From Phoronis australis (Eukaryota > Animalia > Phoronida), in NCBI GenBank assembly GCA_002633005.1, contig NMRA01001225.1, forward strand, positions 1-37,978: DNA of 37,978 bases, in the 5' to 3' direction. Both the position numbers and the translations under genes were made by a program. Below are positions 23,401-34,834 of the stretch, piece after piece. Under the pieces are notes generated by a model. It was not told the origin of the DNA. It worked only from the letters and a program-made list of their open reading frames with translations, and did no database searches. Each line of letters opens with the position of its first letter. The stretch's first letter is position 1.

Positions 23401-26400
23401 ACTAAAGGTGCCTTCCTAAAGTAAAATAGACTTGTGTCATTCCTTGCTAAACCTTTTAAAAGCAGCTTTCCATCACAATGGACAACTAGTGATTTAAACC
23501 ACTTACCACTGTGAAATTAATGTCAAATTGTTCGTTAGTCAAATTGGTGACGATTTCAGGGCCTCATAAGAACCGACAGTTTGTAGTGCTTGAGAGCAGG
23601 CTCTACAAGTTGGCTTCTCACAGTGTGTTATTTTGTGCACAGAATATTGTATCTCAACGAATAAGGTACTCTTGGTTCTTTACAAACCCACAAATCACTT
23701 CTCACGTAAGTAAGGAACAAGTTGAAACCTAATTTATGCAGTAAGTGGCCTAAATATAAAGTCCGCGGACCACAGTATTATAGCCACTTTAAGTGTTGTT
23801 ATTTATTGGTTGCTATGGTTATTGATTGGTTGCTATGGTTATTTATTGGTTGCTATGGTTATTGATTGGTTGCTATGGTTATTGATTGGTTGCTATGGTT
23901 ATTGATTGGTTGCTATGGTTATTGATTGGTTGCTATGGTTATTGATTGGTTGCTATGATCAACAACTCTAATTCTAGATGCCGCCTTGATGAACTGCCAG
24001 TATTATTTGCGATCAGCAGGCCGTTACACTTTGATCAACCAGTTTGCAGATATTGGTAAGCTCATACATTGATTAAACTTGCTTTAGGTAAAAATTATTT
24101 TATCAAATGGGGACAGCTCTTCTTCTTTATTCTCTTTTTATGCGCCCACATATTTATATGTGGATGCATTATGCCGTCATCTCCGTCCGTCCGGGCGGCG
24201 TCCGTCCGGCGTCCGGCTTCCGCTGCTTTATCTCCAAAACCCTTTGACATACGTTCTTGAAATTTGCTACATATGTTCCATTCATGAATGGGACGGCATG
24301 TGCGAGCTTTCGGATGGATCCGACTACCGGTGTGCCCCCTAGTGGCAATTTTAGCTTTTTACGCTTACCTTTGTATCTTCAAAAGTCCTGAACGGATTTT
24401 CATGAAATTTGGTATGTAGGCACCTATTAGTGAGATGACGCTATCCTCCTGTTTTCAGATGGATTCAACATAGTTTGCGCCACCTAGTGGCCATTTTTAG
24501 TGTTTTCGAGTCTGTTTTGTGCGTCCACCCCTCTATCAACCAAACCGCTCAAAGGATGATTGTGAAAATTGGCATGTATATGCTTACTATGTAGAGGACG
24601 GTTGACGATGATTTTCCGATTTCGACTACTGTGGCGCCTCCTAGTGGCAGTTTTGTTTTTGCGCCTATGGCTGTATCTCCTAAACCATTCGCAGGATCTT
24701 TACGAAATTGTGTAAGTATATTTATATAATGTTAACAACGGAAGATGACGACTTTTGGACGGATCTGACTACCGGTGTGCCCCCTAGTGGCAATTTTAGT
24801 TTTTTACGCTTACCTTTGTATCTTCAAAAGTCCTGAACGGATTTTCATGAAATTTGGTATGTAGGCACATATTAGTGAGATGACGCTATCCTCCCGTTTT
24901 CAGGTGGATTCAACATAGTTTGCGCCACCTAGTGGCCATTTTTACTGTTTTCGAGTCTGTATTTTTGCGTCCACCCCTCTATCAACCAAACCGCTCAAAG
25001 GATGATTGTGAAAATTGGCATGTATGTGCTTATTATAAAGAGGACAGCTGACAATGATTTTCAGACGATTTGGACTACTGTGGCGCCTCCTAGTGGCAGT
25101 TTCGTTTTTTTTTTGCGCCTATGGCAGCCCGCTGTATCTCCTAAACTGTTTGCAGGATCTTTACGAAATTTAGCAAGTGTATTTATATCATGTTAACAAC
25201 AGACGATGATGACTTTTGGACGGATCTGCCTACAAGTCCTTAACGGATTTTCATGAAGTTTGGTATGTAGGCACCTATTAGTGTGATGACGCTATCCTCC
25301 CGTTTTCGGATGGATTCGACCTAGTTTGCGACACCCAGTGGCCATTTTTACTGTTTTTGAGTCTGTTTTTTGGCGTCCACCCCTCTATCAACCAAACCGC
25401 TCTAAGTATGATTGTGAAAATTGGCATGTATGTTCTTACTATGAATAGGACGGTTGACGCTGAATTTCCTATGACTTTGATCACTGTGGCGCCTTCTAGT
25501 GGCAGTTTTTTTTTTGCGCCCATGGCTGTATCTCCCAAACCGTTTGCAGGATCTTTACTAAATTTAGCAACTGTATTTATGTGATGTTGACAACGGACGA
25601 TGACGACTTTAGGATGATTTTGATTACCGGTATGCCTTTAGTGGCAATTTTAGTATTTTACATTGACCTCTGTATTTTCATAGGTGTTCAGGTGTATACT
25701 TTGTGTTACTTCGTGACTGTGAAGGAAAAGTTCCAAGTAGAAATTTCTTTCTAGCATTCTAATGCTGTGCTAATCTCGTATGTTGGTAAATTTGTTTTTA
25801 ATTCTATGTTTCTGTGGTGCTTTAAGCAACTGATGTATAGGATGTGCTTGTATTATGAAGATCACTCACATTTTGCCCCTAGCCTATTGAGGAGACAATG
25901 ACCATGCCTTTCCATTTTGCAAAGTACAACATACTACATATATGCCCTCTACTGGCCACTTTATGGTACCAATAAACAACCCTAGAAGGATACCGTATAC
26001 GATGCAATTGTGGGCGCATTTCAACGCTCTGCGTTGCTCTTGTTGACTGTTGGTGGTGCTTCAAAATCTGCAATTGATATCAGCGTTGCTGTTGCTCCCC
26101 CTTTTCATGCTTGATTCCTTCTTTTACAGGCAGCCGTTTCAACAAGCACTGGTTCTTGGTGCGTGATCGTAGAGACAAGCAGGAGAAGCTGTTGACCATA
26201 ACACCGCGTAGCGACCAGATGTTGCTCTCATTTAATTCGTCTACGAAAGAAATTTTAAACGAGATGTTTCTACTTATGAGGGCAAGTATTTGATATGACA
26301 GAACCATGGGTACCCCTCCTGTTGCAGTGACTTGTGAATAGTGATGAACCTGTGATCATCATCTCACAGCCTGTTTATTGTTAGAGCAGGTCATGTCAGC

Positions 26401-29400
26401 TGGGTTATTGTGGTATGGTCATTGCAAGGTTTAAGTATAGGCTATCAGGTCTTGTTGTGGTCTGCTATGTGGATTACCAAGTACAATGTGAATGACGTTT
26501 TCAGTAAATGTACTTAAGTTGTATTTTTAAGAAAATCAAAGTTGTGATTTTTCATTAACATATAGATAGATTTCAGGGACTAGAGACTGCCCATCCCCCT
26601 CTTCTGGGCACAATCAAAAAAACCGTTGGCATGCCCTTTTTATTATTCAGCTATGCATTCTCATTTTCACCCCTAATTACATCCTGAATCCGCCACCCCT
26701 GTTTGCCTTTAAGTTAGTATTGCTTGAACTACTGTCAGCTGTTCTCATTTCAGCATCCATATTTGTACCCAAAGTCAGATATAGATTTCTCTACAGATCA
26801 AAATCTTGTAGTCTCTACTGAACCTTTCAATCCTAAAGGTTCATTAAAAGATCTCATCTATTCAGTAAGTATGTCTTTGGACTTGGTAAATTGCTTGACA
26901 AACATTTACAACATGCTATTTTGTGTATTATTTTGATCTTTGTCTTTCACTAAAGACACTTCCTAATTGCTTTATCCTGCTATGAAGCAACCTGCATTAA
27001 TTTTGAACTTTTTGACATGTTATTAACACTAGAAATTAAATTTGCAAGTTTTTGATTTTCAACTATTAGTTCTGGCCATTTGTCATGGCAACAACCGATA
27101 AAGTATATTCTATAACAGTGACTGTGACACAAGTTCATCAAACTTAATGGTTTATTTTAGGTGGATGTAAAATGATGTCATGGAGCAGTAGTCAAATTAT
27201 AATTGATAGTATTTGGATAGTAGTTTCTTCATCTAACACTCGGGTTTTATCAAAAGCGAAATAAATTTAGTTGCAGTCTTTCCTTTAAAGATGTATTTTT
27301 ATACTCCTTACTAGGCTAATGTATAGCACGAACTAAACGAAAACACTATTTTCTAAACTAAGTGTAGTTGTATTCATTGACAATTTGTAAATGTGAAAAC
27401 AAAAAAATCTGCAAATAGGTGACATTTGCACTCACATAGCCTGCTTCACGAAAGTTACTGGACACGGTTCAGTGATTTGCGGTGAATCATTTTTGCCACA
27501 AAACTTGCTCAAACATTTTGCAGTTTTCAACCTACTTCATATTCACATCGATTTGACCAGCAGTCATGTACATTAAAGAATTGGCATGCAAGTTGCATTA
27601 AAAAAACAGAACATTCGTGTTGGAATTACCGCAGACTTTAAATATGACCTCATCGTAGCTTTGGCTCCCATTTGATGACATGGACATGGTTTTTATTGAT
27701 ATTATGTAAAATGATATCTCAGCGACTTTAACCTGGGCATGCTGTTATCCACAATTCGAACAGGCTTCTTCATCAAGAGTGACAAAGTGATTTGTTTGTC
27801 ATTTACACTTATCTTAACGTCATCAGCTTTATGTGTACAGACGTGAAATTGCACGTCATCTCTCAAACAAAGACTGCGATGAAATATGGTTTGCTCTATA
27901 ATTTTGACCTTACCGGCTAGTAGGTGCGCTGGTTGTTCAGGACAATCTATCCTGACAAAGTTGTGTTATGTCACACTCTGTTGACTGCAACTCTGTTTGC
28001 TTTTCAGTGTAAGTGTACAGATGTATGGGAGGTGAAGTACAGAAAGAAATCACAGGGACTTCCTCTAAAAGATATACAACTATTTGGGAGACAGATTTTG
28101 GAGGTAATAGAAGCCTGTGACAAACACGTCCTTAGGGAACTGTGAGAGCATGGAAGTGTCTCTGTCTGGACCCAGTTGCTAATTCTGGTGTGCTTGGCTG
28201 CTCTCTAAATTTCCATTCAGTTCAATGCTCTTTTTTGACTGAGCCATTTTGTGACCATGTAAATATTGAACGAAAGTCTGTTACAAAAGCTATTTATGAT
28301 AGTTCACATATCCACACGATTATTGACAGCAAAGTCATCCAGTTTTCATGAGATAAGTTTTAAATTTAATAGCACTTTTGTTGTTCCAGGGTCTTATGTT
28401 TCTAGAAGAAAAAGGCTTCCCACTCCATGGCCATTTACACAGTGGTAACATAATCATACAGGAAAATGTGGCTAGGTAATACCTGTCTTACTAAGAACTT
28501 AGTTGTCTAATGATCTATCACTTAGTTGAATTTTGTTATATCTCTTTTTTCAATACACATTAAAAGTTCTTCGTCCTGAGTCTTTTAAGTGCAAGGTGCA
28601 AGCTTTTCATTATTATTTTTTTGTGAATCCAGTGAATTTTTATATATCAAGGTGGTGTTACTAACGAAACTATTTTCTAGGTAACCCAATGATTGAAATT
28701 GTGATTTATAAAAAAAAGTGTTTCACTGATTCAATGTGTTTTGCTTGTTTGTTACAGGATAACTGGTTGTGAAAATAGTTTCTTTGGTCTGCCTTCTAAA
28801 GTTTGGACAAGTATGAGAAGGAAACTAAAAGATGATAAAAATGCAATGGATGTTGTCTGCTTTGGTAGGTCCCCTGTACTATTAGAATGTAAAGCATTGT
28901 ATGGTCTCTTATTTAACCTCATCATGAACCAAGCAGATCATGTGCAAAAATATTAAGCTGTTTTAACAAGTGACGTAACTATGTAAGAGGAGTTGGGGTA
29001 CAATTATAGTATGGTTAATAGCAAAAATGCTCTCACGGGTCTGTTTGTCACATGTAAGCATTTCGGGAGCCGATATATGCAGGTGAGCATTCACATATGC
29101 TTTTTAGGAACTAAATGTCTCACCTATATAATATTGGTTTGGGCTAGTAACCAAACATTTGCATTTGAATAGAAACTCAAATTTGTTGTGGGTATTTACT
29201 TGAACATGAATATTGATCCATTGACAGTGACGACAATTTTGTTTCCCTATCTCCATTTAGAAGAGCATCTTTCAAAATTTTTACCAATTCATTTTATGTA
29301 TTTGGCAAAGTTATGCATTTAGCACCACAATGTGCAGTTTCTGTGTGTATGTATACAATTGGTCTAGCTACAGATCTTGTGTTCAACAACTTGGTATGAA

Positions 29401-32400
29401 AACCAATCAAAATGCTTGTTACTTTCAGGTCACATTCTCTTTGAAATGGCTGCAGGGTATGAGCTGGACTCAACCCACCCAGAGCCCAAGCATCTCGTCA
29501 GCGTGTCCCACTCACCAGTCATTCATGTGCTCAACTTTATATTTGAAAATGAAGATATAGGTTTTTATCCAACTATAAAACAGGCAAGTCTTTTTCCATT
29601 CCAATGTCAGGCTGAGTTTCAAAAAAAATGATCAAAGTTTATCTAAAATCTAGAAAAATGTCAACATTTGGCAAACATCATGTTCTCAGAAATGGCTGAT
29701 TATATTAAAACTGATTCTTCCTTATAATAATGTGATAGATGGACTGTCAGAGTGGTATTACTTCGACGCATTAGGTACTATCGAAAGTAGGGACTTTCAT
29801 GATGTTTTTTAACTTGAAGTTTCCTTAAAATAAAAAGGAAAAAGATTGTTTAGAAGCTCATTGTCAGCGTTTTTGAAATTTCATTTTGAATGTTTATGTC
29901 AACTGAAATTGATGGCTTTGTGTAGCTGTGAACTAATCATGCTACCTTCAAGAAATCACTCGTGTATGTAAAACACACAATAAAATTTTGTCCTTTCTAC
30001 TTTCATAAAGTATGCACACTTCTACTGTATACATTTTGTAGTGTTGTAAGGTTACTCACAGTCTGAAATACGTTGTGCCGTATTACCCCGAAAATAAGCA
30101 TGAGTGCACCTGTATGTGGAACAATGCAGTTTTTCATCAAGATTTTCCACTCAAATGTCTCAGATAGGTGTATGCACTTAAGTTCTGCAATTAGGTGCAT
30201 GCTGTTTTCCAATTATAGGACGGTGTACCTAAGTTTATATTTCAATTGTTTGACTAGTGTCGAGGTCCTATATAAATCAGCAATTTAGTTTTTAAGTCTT
30301 AATCTGATGCATCTGATTCACTGCTGTCTGAGTGTAGACTCTGCATCCGAATCCAAGCTTATCACCTCACCTTCTCAACTCATTCATACACATTAAAACA
30401 CTCGAGGTGCATCTGCATCCGGAGCTCCCTAATCAAGTCAAATTTTACTCAAATGTTCTGCATATAAGCGCACGCATTCCACAATTAGGTGCATGCTCTG
30501 AATGGCAGGGCTATACGACGAGCGTTGTGTGATGTCTGATGTTTCATGTTTCATTTTATAGCTTGCTGAGCATGAGCTTTTCAAGTATGTGACATTAAAG
30601 GAGCTAAAAGTGTATAATCCGGCACCCGTAAGTTCCCTTTTCTAACCTCTGCCTTGGCTTTTACCTGTAGCTTTGTAGTTAGAAGTGTATAACATAGAGG
30701 GTCTTTTGATGGTGTGAAGGGAGGTTAAGTGAGCGCACTGTAAAAATGACATTTTGAAGTCCATGGCTGTACATTTGGTGTGAGTTAAGAATCATTGTTT
30801 ATGAGATTTAAAACACCATATCTCAGTTCACAAAAACCGACGACCCCTCCTTTGCAGAAGATGGACCTTTTTGAAATTGCTGTTATCTCTACAGTAGTGA
30901 ACTACCGTCTTGCAGTGAATGGAGGACACCTATAAATTAGTTATAGTAATGACATGCCAGCTCACAAGTTTGCATGACCGTATCCTTTTGTTTAAGTGTG
31001 ACATATCTTCCCACTATCAAATATACGGATTTCAAATTAGATATGACTGCCTTTTTGCAACATTATTATAAAATAACTGTGTTCCCTGCCTCATTGCAAA
31101 ATGCCTTCTATATATGGCCGCCTATTTAGTCTATTGTACAGATATTTCTTTTGATAAATATTCATCAAACGCAGAACTAACTAGTACCTCTCTCTGAGAT
31201 CCTTGTGCTAATTACAAGAGTATTTCAACCTGTCTTTTAACTGTTGTGTGAGTTTTATTTCGTGCAATACAGTCTACAAGCACTGATCTCAGAATTACTG
31301 ACTCTATTTCAGATAAACTTTAGTTCTCAAATGAAATATCTCCTGCGAGGTGTGAGAAAAGGAAAAGCCGTTCGGGCAACGAAGTAAGTACAGCAGGAAT
31401 TCTTATTAACAAGTGTTCATTTACTATTTGTATTAGTTGGACTATGTAACTATGTGAGCGTAATGCAGTGTTTATTTCAATCTGTCCCGTGGGCAATTGT
31501 TGACGGTTAACGTCTTTATTTTGATTTAGAAATGTTTAACAAATAAAACACATTATGGTATGTGGAGTGGTATTAAAAGATATTAAGTGTTAGATAATTG
31601 CACGGGTTTACAGTTTTAGGTTTTATTAATTGCTGTGTCTGATGGTGTACGAATCTTGCTAATGGTTTATTGTCACCTTTTATTACCACCGTTTATTGTC
31701 AACTTTAGGTCGGGTAAAATAAAGTCATCACGAAAGTCAAGTGTCAGTGCCGCAGACGAAACCAGGTACTATGTTTTGATAATTAAAGTTGTTTGTTACT
31801 TGTAGTTGTTTTTTGAAATCCAAAGCAGCAGCAAATGGTTAATGCCAGGCTGCTTTTGTGCCTGGTTTGGTTGACAATGAGACAGATAAATGAATGTCGT
31901 TTGTATATATACTGATGTTTGTGCCTTCTTTAATTCGAAATTGGGAGTCAACTCTGACAGAAAAGTGCCACTTTCTGGACCTAGTTTGCAATAGCCTGGA
32001 ATAGGTTTCAATTATGAGGTTGCAAGTTTTTGACAGAAATCTGAAGCAATGCTGAATATGATGTTTGACATAACGGTAATTGAAATTCTTGTTTTGCTGG
32101 ATTGGAACTGTTAAAATATTAAAAAGGGGTGTGCCTAGTGTCGTACGATATGGTTGCTGTTTTTAGATATTTTGAAGAAAAGCTGGAAAATACATTTGGC
32201 AATTCCTTAGTGACAACTGTCTGGACCTCCAATCTAGAGACATGTGTGGCTAGATTGCCAGTCGGAGTACCTGATTTTTCTGGATTTTTTGATTCTTTGT
32301 CGGTTAACATCAGTATTTACATTCACTATATCTAATTTACACTTACTGGTAAATTGCGGAATTATCCAAACCTTGTGTGAAAAAGGCGAAATGCCACTCA

Positions 32401-33075
32401 CAGGATCGATGGGGATAACTGTTGAGAGCAAACAGTAATTGCACAGATATCAGGTCCTCAGTAGCTCAGTAGTGAGAGTACTAGACACGCAATCTAGAGA
32501 CCATTTCCAGTTGGGGTTCATGATTTTTCTGTGTTTAGTTAATTATCAGCTAACATCAGTGCATGTATTTACTATGCATGATAATACTCAGGGAAATAAT
32601 AAAGGTTTTGTGACTTTGGTTGTAGCAAGTATTTTACACCATCATTCAATCTTTTGGAACAGAGCTAACAATATTGTGTTTCTCACTAGACTGCTTCATC
32701 AGCTGTCCTGATAGGTCGATAACAATTGCTTAATGAACGCAGGGTATAACTATTCTGTTGTGCCCCAAAATTTCCTCATTTTATGCCTGTATATGTCAAA
32801 ACCGTTTCTGTTTCCAATTCAGTTCTACCAGATCTTCCAAGACAAGGTCATCATCCACTATGTCCTCCAATGCAAGAGAGGCAGGGCCATCAACTACAGT
32901 TCCCCCACCACCCCCTAGTATAGTACCTCCTCCACCTCCACCAGCGCCCTCATCAGGCCCACCGGTACAACCGTCGGGATCATCGCGGGAAAGAGGAGCA
33001 TTATTAGGACAGATCAGAGCAGGCACGCGACTTAAGAGAGCAGAGACCAATGATAGAAGTGCTCCGAAAGTCTAG
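20369..33075 (+). CDS. Slob: Slowpoke-binding protein (Slob)/PXK-family pseudokinase with N-terminal TM anchor and C-terminal polyproline + WH2; 14 coding exons, 1434 nt, 477 aa
   Basis: All 14 exons join with matching phases into one open frame. Family-type motifs: CQYYLRS..IGSRFNKHWF, HPYLYP, GSLKDLIY, FGRQILEGLMFL, HGHLHSGN, DVVCFGHILFEMAAGYEL; C-terminal RGALLGQIRAGTRLKRAETNDRSAPKV (WH2). Confidence 0.85.
21086..21400 (-). mobile_element. Penelope-like element relic (GIY-YIG C-terminus plus degenerate hammerhead) in intron 1
   Basis: PAVGLQL..FSDFTIFSR, RKIREAVEI (21266-21292), NRDRGYDPPAI (from 21251) with frameshifts, followed by CCCGACAAAGGGCCCAGGACGGGCTCGGAA. Confidence 0.65.
21449..21519 (+). 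CDS. Slob: Slob-like exon 2, transmembrane helix (ILVAAGVVVLLLTVLLVWCCCRL)
   Basis: Acceptor ctgactcttacatttcag with a CTGAC branch-like motif; donor AG|gtaaga phase 2. Confidence 0.8.
22828..22925 (+). CDS. Slob: Slob-like exon 3 (HYRRYDYTALRDDLELPAKMELERRIQQDQLR)
   Basis: Acceptor ttcttctgttttag, donor G|gtagtt; phases 2 and 1 fit the neighbours. Confidence 0.8.
23801..23957. repeat. 20-bp minisatellite ATT(G/T)ATTGGTTGCTATGGTT, about 8 copies
   Basis: Directly visible near-perfect tandem array. Confidence 0.97.
23978..24055 (+). CDS. Slob: Slob-like exon 4 (AALMNCQYYLRSAGRYTLINQFADI)
   Basis: Acceptor ctaattctag, donor G|gtaagc; start of the kinase-like N-lobe. Confidence 0.88.
24135..26044 (+). 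mobile_element. Helentron-associated non-autonomous element (HINE/DINE-1-like) with central ~445-bp tandem repeats
   Basis: 5' subTIR ATGCGCCCACA (24140) with a nearby partial inverted copy, (GTCC)n microsatellite, about 3 tandem units, 3' subTIR TGTGGGCGCAT (26009) followed by hairpin CAACGC-TCT-GCGTTG; T-rich flanks. Confidence 0.8.
26130..26281 (+). CDS. Slob: Slob-like exon 5 (SRFNKHWFLV...EMFLLMR), GC donor
   Basis: Acceptor ttcttttacag; AGG|gcaagt gives the phase 0 needed for the following HPY exon. Confidence 0.88.
26754..26864 (+). CDS. Slob: Slob-like exon 6 (HPYLYP...GSLKDLIYS)
   Basis: Acceptor ttctcatttcag, donor gtaagt; kinase-like motifs. Confidence 0.92.
28008..28103 (+). CDS. 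Slob: Slob-like exon 7 (CKCTDVWEVKY...FGRQILE)
   Basis: Acceptor tttgcttttcag, donor GAG|gtaata. Confidence 0.92.
28390..28475 (+). CDS. Slob: Slob-like exon 8 (GLMFLEEKGFPLHGHLHSGNIIIQENVA)
   Basis: Acceptor ttgttccag, donor AG|gtaata; degenerate catalytic loop HGHLHSGN. Confidence 0.92.
28758..28864 (+). CDS. Slob: Slob-like exon 9 (ITGCENSFFG...DVVCF)
   Basis: Acceptor tttgttacag, donor G|gtaggt. Confidence 0.92.
29429..29583 (+). CDS. Slob: Slob-like exon 10 (HILFEMAAGYEL...YPTIKQ), GC donor
   Basis: Acceptor ttactttcag; CAG|gcaagt phase 0 matches exon 11. Confidence 0.9.
30562..30627 (+). CDS. Slob: Slob-like exon 11 (LAEHELFKYVTLKELKVYNPAP)
   Basis: Acceptor tttcattttatag, donor gtaagt; ends the kinase-like C-lobe (L..H.LF). 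Confidence 0.88.
31313..31383 (+). CDS. Slob: Slob-like exon 12 (INFSSQMKYLLRGVRKGKAVRAT)
   Basis: Acceptor ctgactctatttcag, donor AA|gtaagt phase 2. Confidence 0.82.
31709..31765 (+). CDS. Slob: Slob-like exon 13 (SGKIKSSRKSSVSAADET), symmetric phase 2-2 and potentially skippable
   Basis: Acceptor caactttag, donor AG|gtacta; 57 nt, keeps frame. Confidence 0.7.
32200..32580 (+). mobile_element. Two adjacent decayed tRNA-derived SINE-like copies
   Basis: GGTCCTCAGTAGCTCAGTAGTGAGAGTACTAGACACGCAATCTAGAGAC (A-box and anticodon-arm-like) at 32453; related copy with CAATCTAGAGAC...GATTTTTCTG...TAACATCAGT about 260 bp upstream. Confidence 0.45.
32823..33075 (+). CDS. Slob: Slob-like terminal exon: Ser-rich, polyproline, WH2 actin-binding motif
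   Basis: Acceptor tttccaattcag; PPPPPSIVPPPPPPAP then RGALLGQIRAGTRLKRAETNDRSAPKV*. Confidence 0.92.
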
Positions 33076-34828
33076 TATTGTTGGTGACTAGCTGTGGTAC
33101 AATACAAGACAAAGGTATTCAGACAAAATGACCCAGTCTTACCCGTCATGATGGGTGGGACGAACTCCAATTCATCAACAGAGTAGTCTTCACGCTTGGC
33201 TGAGAATGACAGAAAATTAACAGGAAAGTTAGTTAGGTGGATAAGCCATTGTGTCGATATTAGAAATTTGCTTCCATGATTATTCTTACCTGTCGTGGTG
33301 ATCAGGAAATGGATTTTTGTTCAACTGCTTTTGTCTTGTACTGTACATTCAGATTAATATTTCATATAGGTTTGCCTTGAATAAGTGTCGACTGATTTGT
33401 GAAGCAATGATGATCAGTTAAGTATCGCCACCTGGCTGCAGATAGGGGTACTTTTGTTTCATATTGAGTGGCCTGGGCAAGGCTCGCTTTGACTATTGTT
33501 CCTGTAAGGAAGTCTTATTGTGCAGAGCTGCACTGGAGGCATTGAACTTCCAAAGCGAATTTTTCATTCACCCCTGGAAATGACTCACAGTGAACATTAG
33601 CCAGAGCTACATTGGCATTTTATCAATGAAAAATTGATGGATGTGGAGTAGCTACATATAGCAAATAGTTGCAGCTAAGAAGGTCATCTTGTAGAAACCT
33701 TTAGGTTCACATTAAAATAGTTAACCTTTTAATTGCTCCTCTGTAGCTGTGAAAATGGTTTATTTTCTTGTTTAGGTAGGGGTGTGCCTTGTGTCTCATT
33801 TGGGACCCTGATGCGTTGTAAACTGGCAAATAATGTATTTTGTTAAGTATGTGCTGAAAGTCTTAAAATACGGTATCTGGAATTGTGTACCATGTCTGCT
33901 GTGGTATAAGCCCATGGAACTGTAACTGGGGAACTTCAAGAATGGGGTTTATGTAGGAGAGTACTGAGAGAATATTGAAAGGTAAGTGGGCGTGGGCCGA
34001 TGTCCAAATAGATGGTCTTGTAGGCTAGAATTCCTGAAAGTGCGAGCCGACTTACCTGGAAATGGGCCTGTACTCAAATAGATACGGTATTATGGTACGT
34101 ACTGTCAGGAATTAAGCCTAGACTGGGTGCTATTGCTCTAATGCTCTGCAATATTGGAGATGCAAAGATCATGTTTCTATGTCTCTGGAACCTTATAAAT
34201 TATTGTATTGGTTTGTTTTATTGTATGTGTGTGTGTACTTGCTTTAGTTTTAAGAGTGGTGGAGAGAGACTATACAAAGCCTTATCAGATCACACAGTGT
34301 CTGGCTTTATAAGGTAGTGGCAAAGGACCATAGGGCAATTTATACCAATATGGTTTATGTAATTTTAGTCAAATGTGGGCTGTCCTTTTTATGGATAGTG
34401 AAAATTGATGCCTGCGCATCGCAGAGCATAGATTTGTGGGATACAAGTCTTCCTGATACAGATTCCATTAAGTGTCACACAGGCTCTCGTCTGCTCAGTT
34501 TATTTTAGCCATACATATGTTACTGAACTTTTGGCTGCTTGAAACAGTACGAAAATGAAAAGATTTCTACAGATCGTTTATCTGCGTCTGCTAGCGGTGC
34601 TGCGTTGGATGGTGACTATCCCACAATCCTTTGTACATATACATGTGTAGGCTGAAATGAAGTTTTGTGAAATGGGTACAAAGGTCAATATTAGTCTTGT
34701 CATCTTTGCATATGATTCGAGTTCTTGCCTCGTCAGCTTGTCTTCATCTGCAAACTTTTATTATTTATTGGCCTATTTACCAACAATTTTTTCACCTTTG
34801 GGACTTGCCACTGTTACCATGTTATACA

Positions 34829-34834
34829 AATAAA
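34829..34834 (+). terminator. Candidate polyadenylation signal of the Slob-like gene (about 1.75-kb 3' UTR)
   Basis: First AATAAA I found after the stop, followed by a T/GT-rich tract. Confidence 0.45.

Noticed and set aside
23511-23732. Possible extra coding exon in intron 3
   Set aside because: Not needed: exons 3 and 4 join in phase and give family-consistent sequence; no motif support.
23801-23957. CRISPR-like array
   Set aside because: The units are contiguous with no unique spacers, lie in a eukaryotic intron and have no cas genes nearby; it is a minisatellite.
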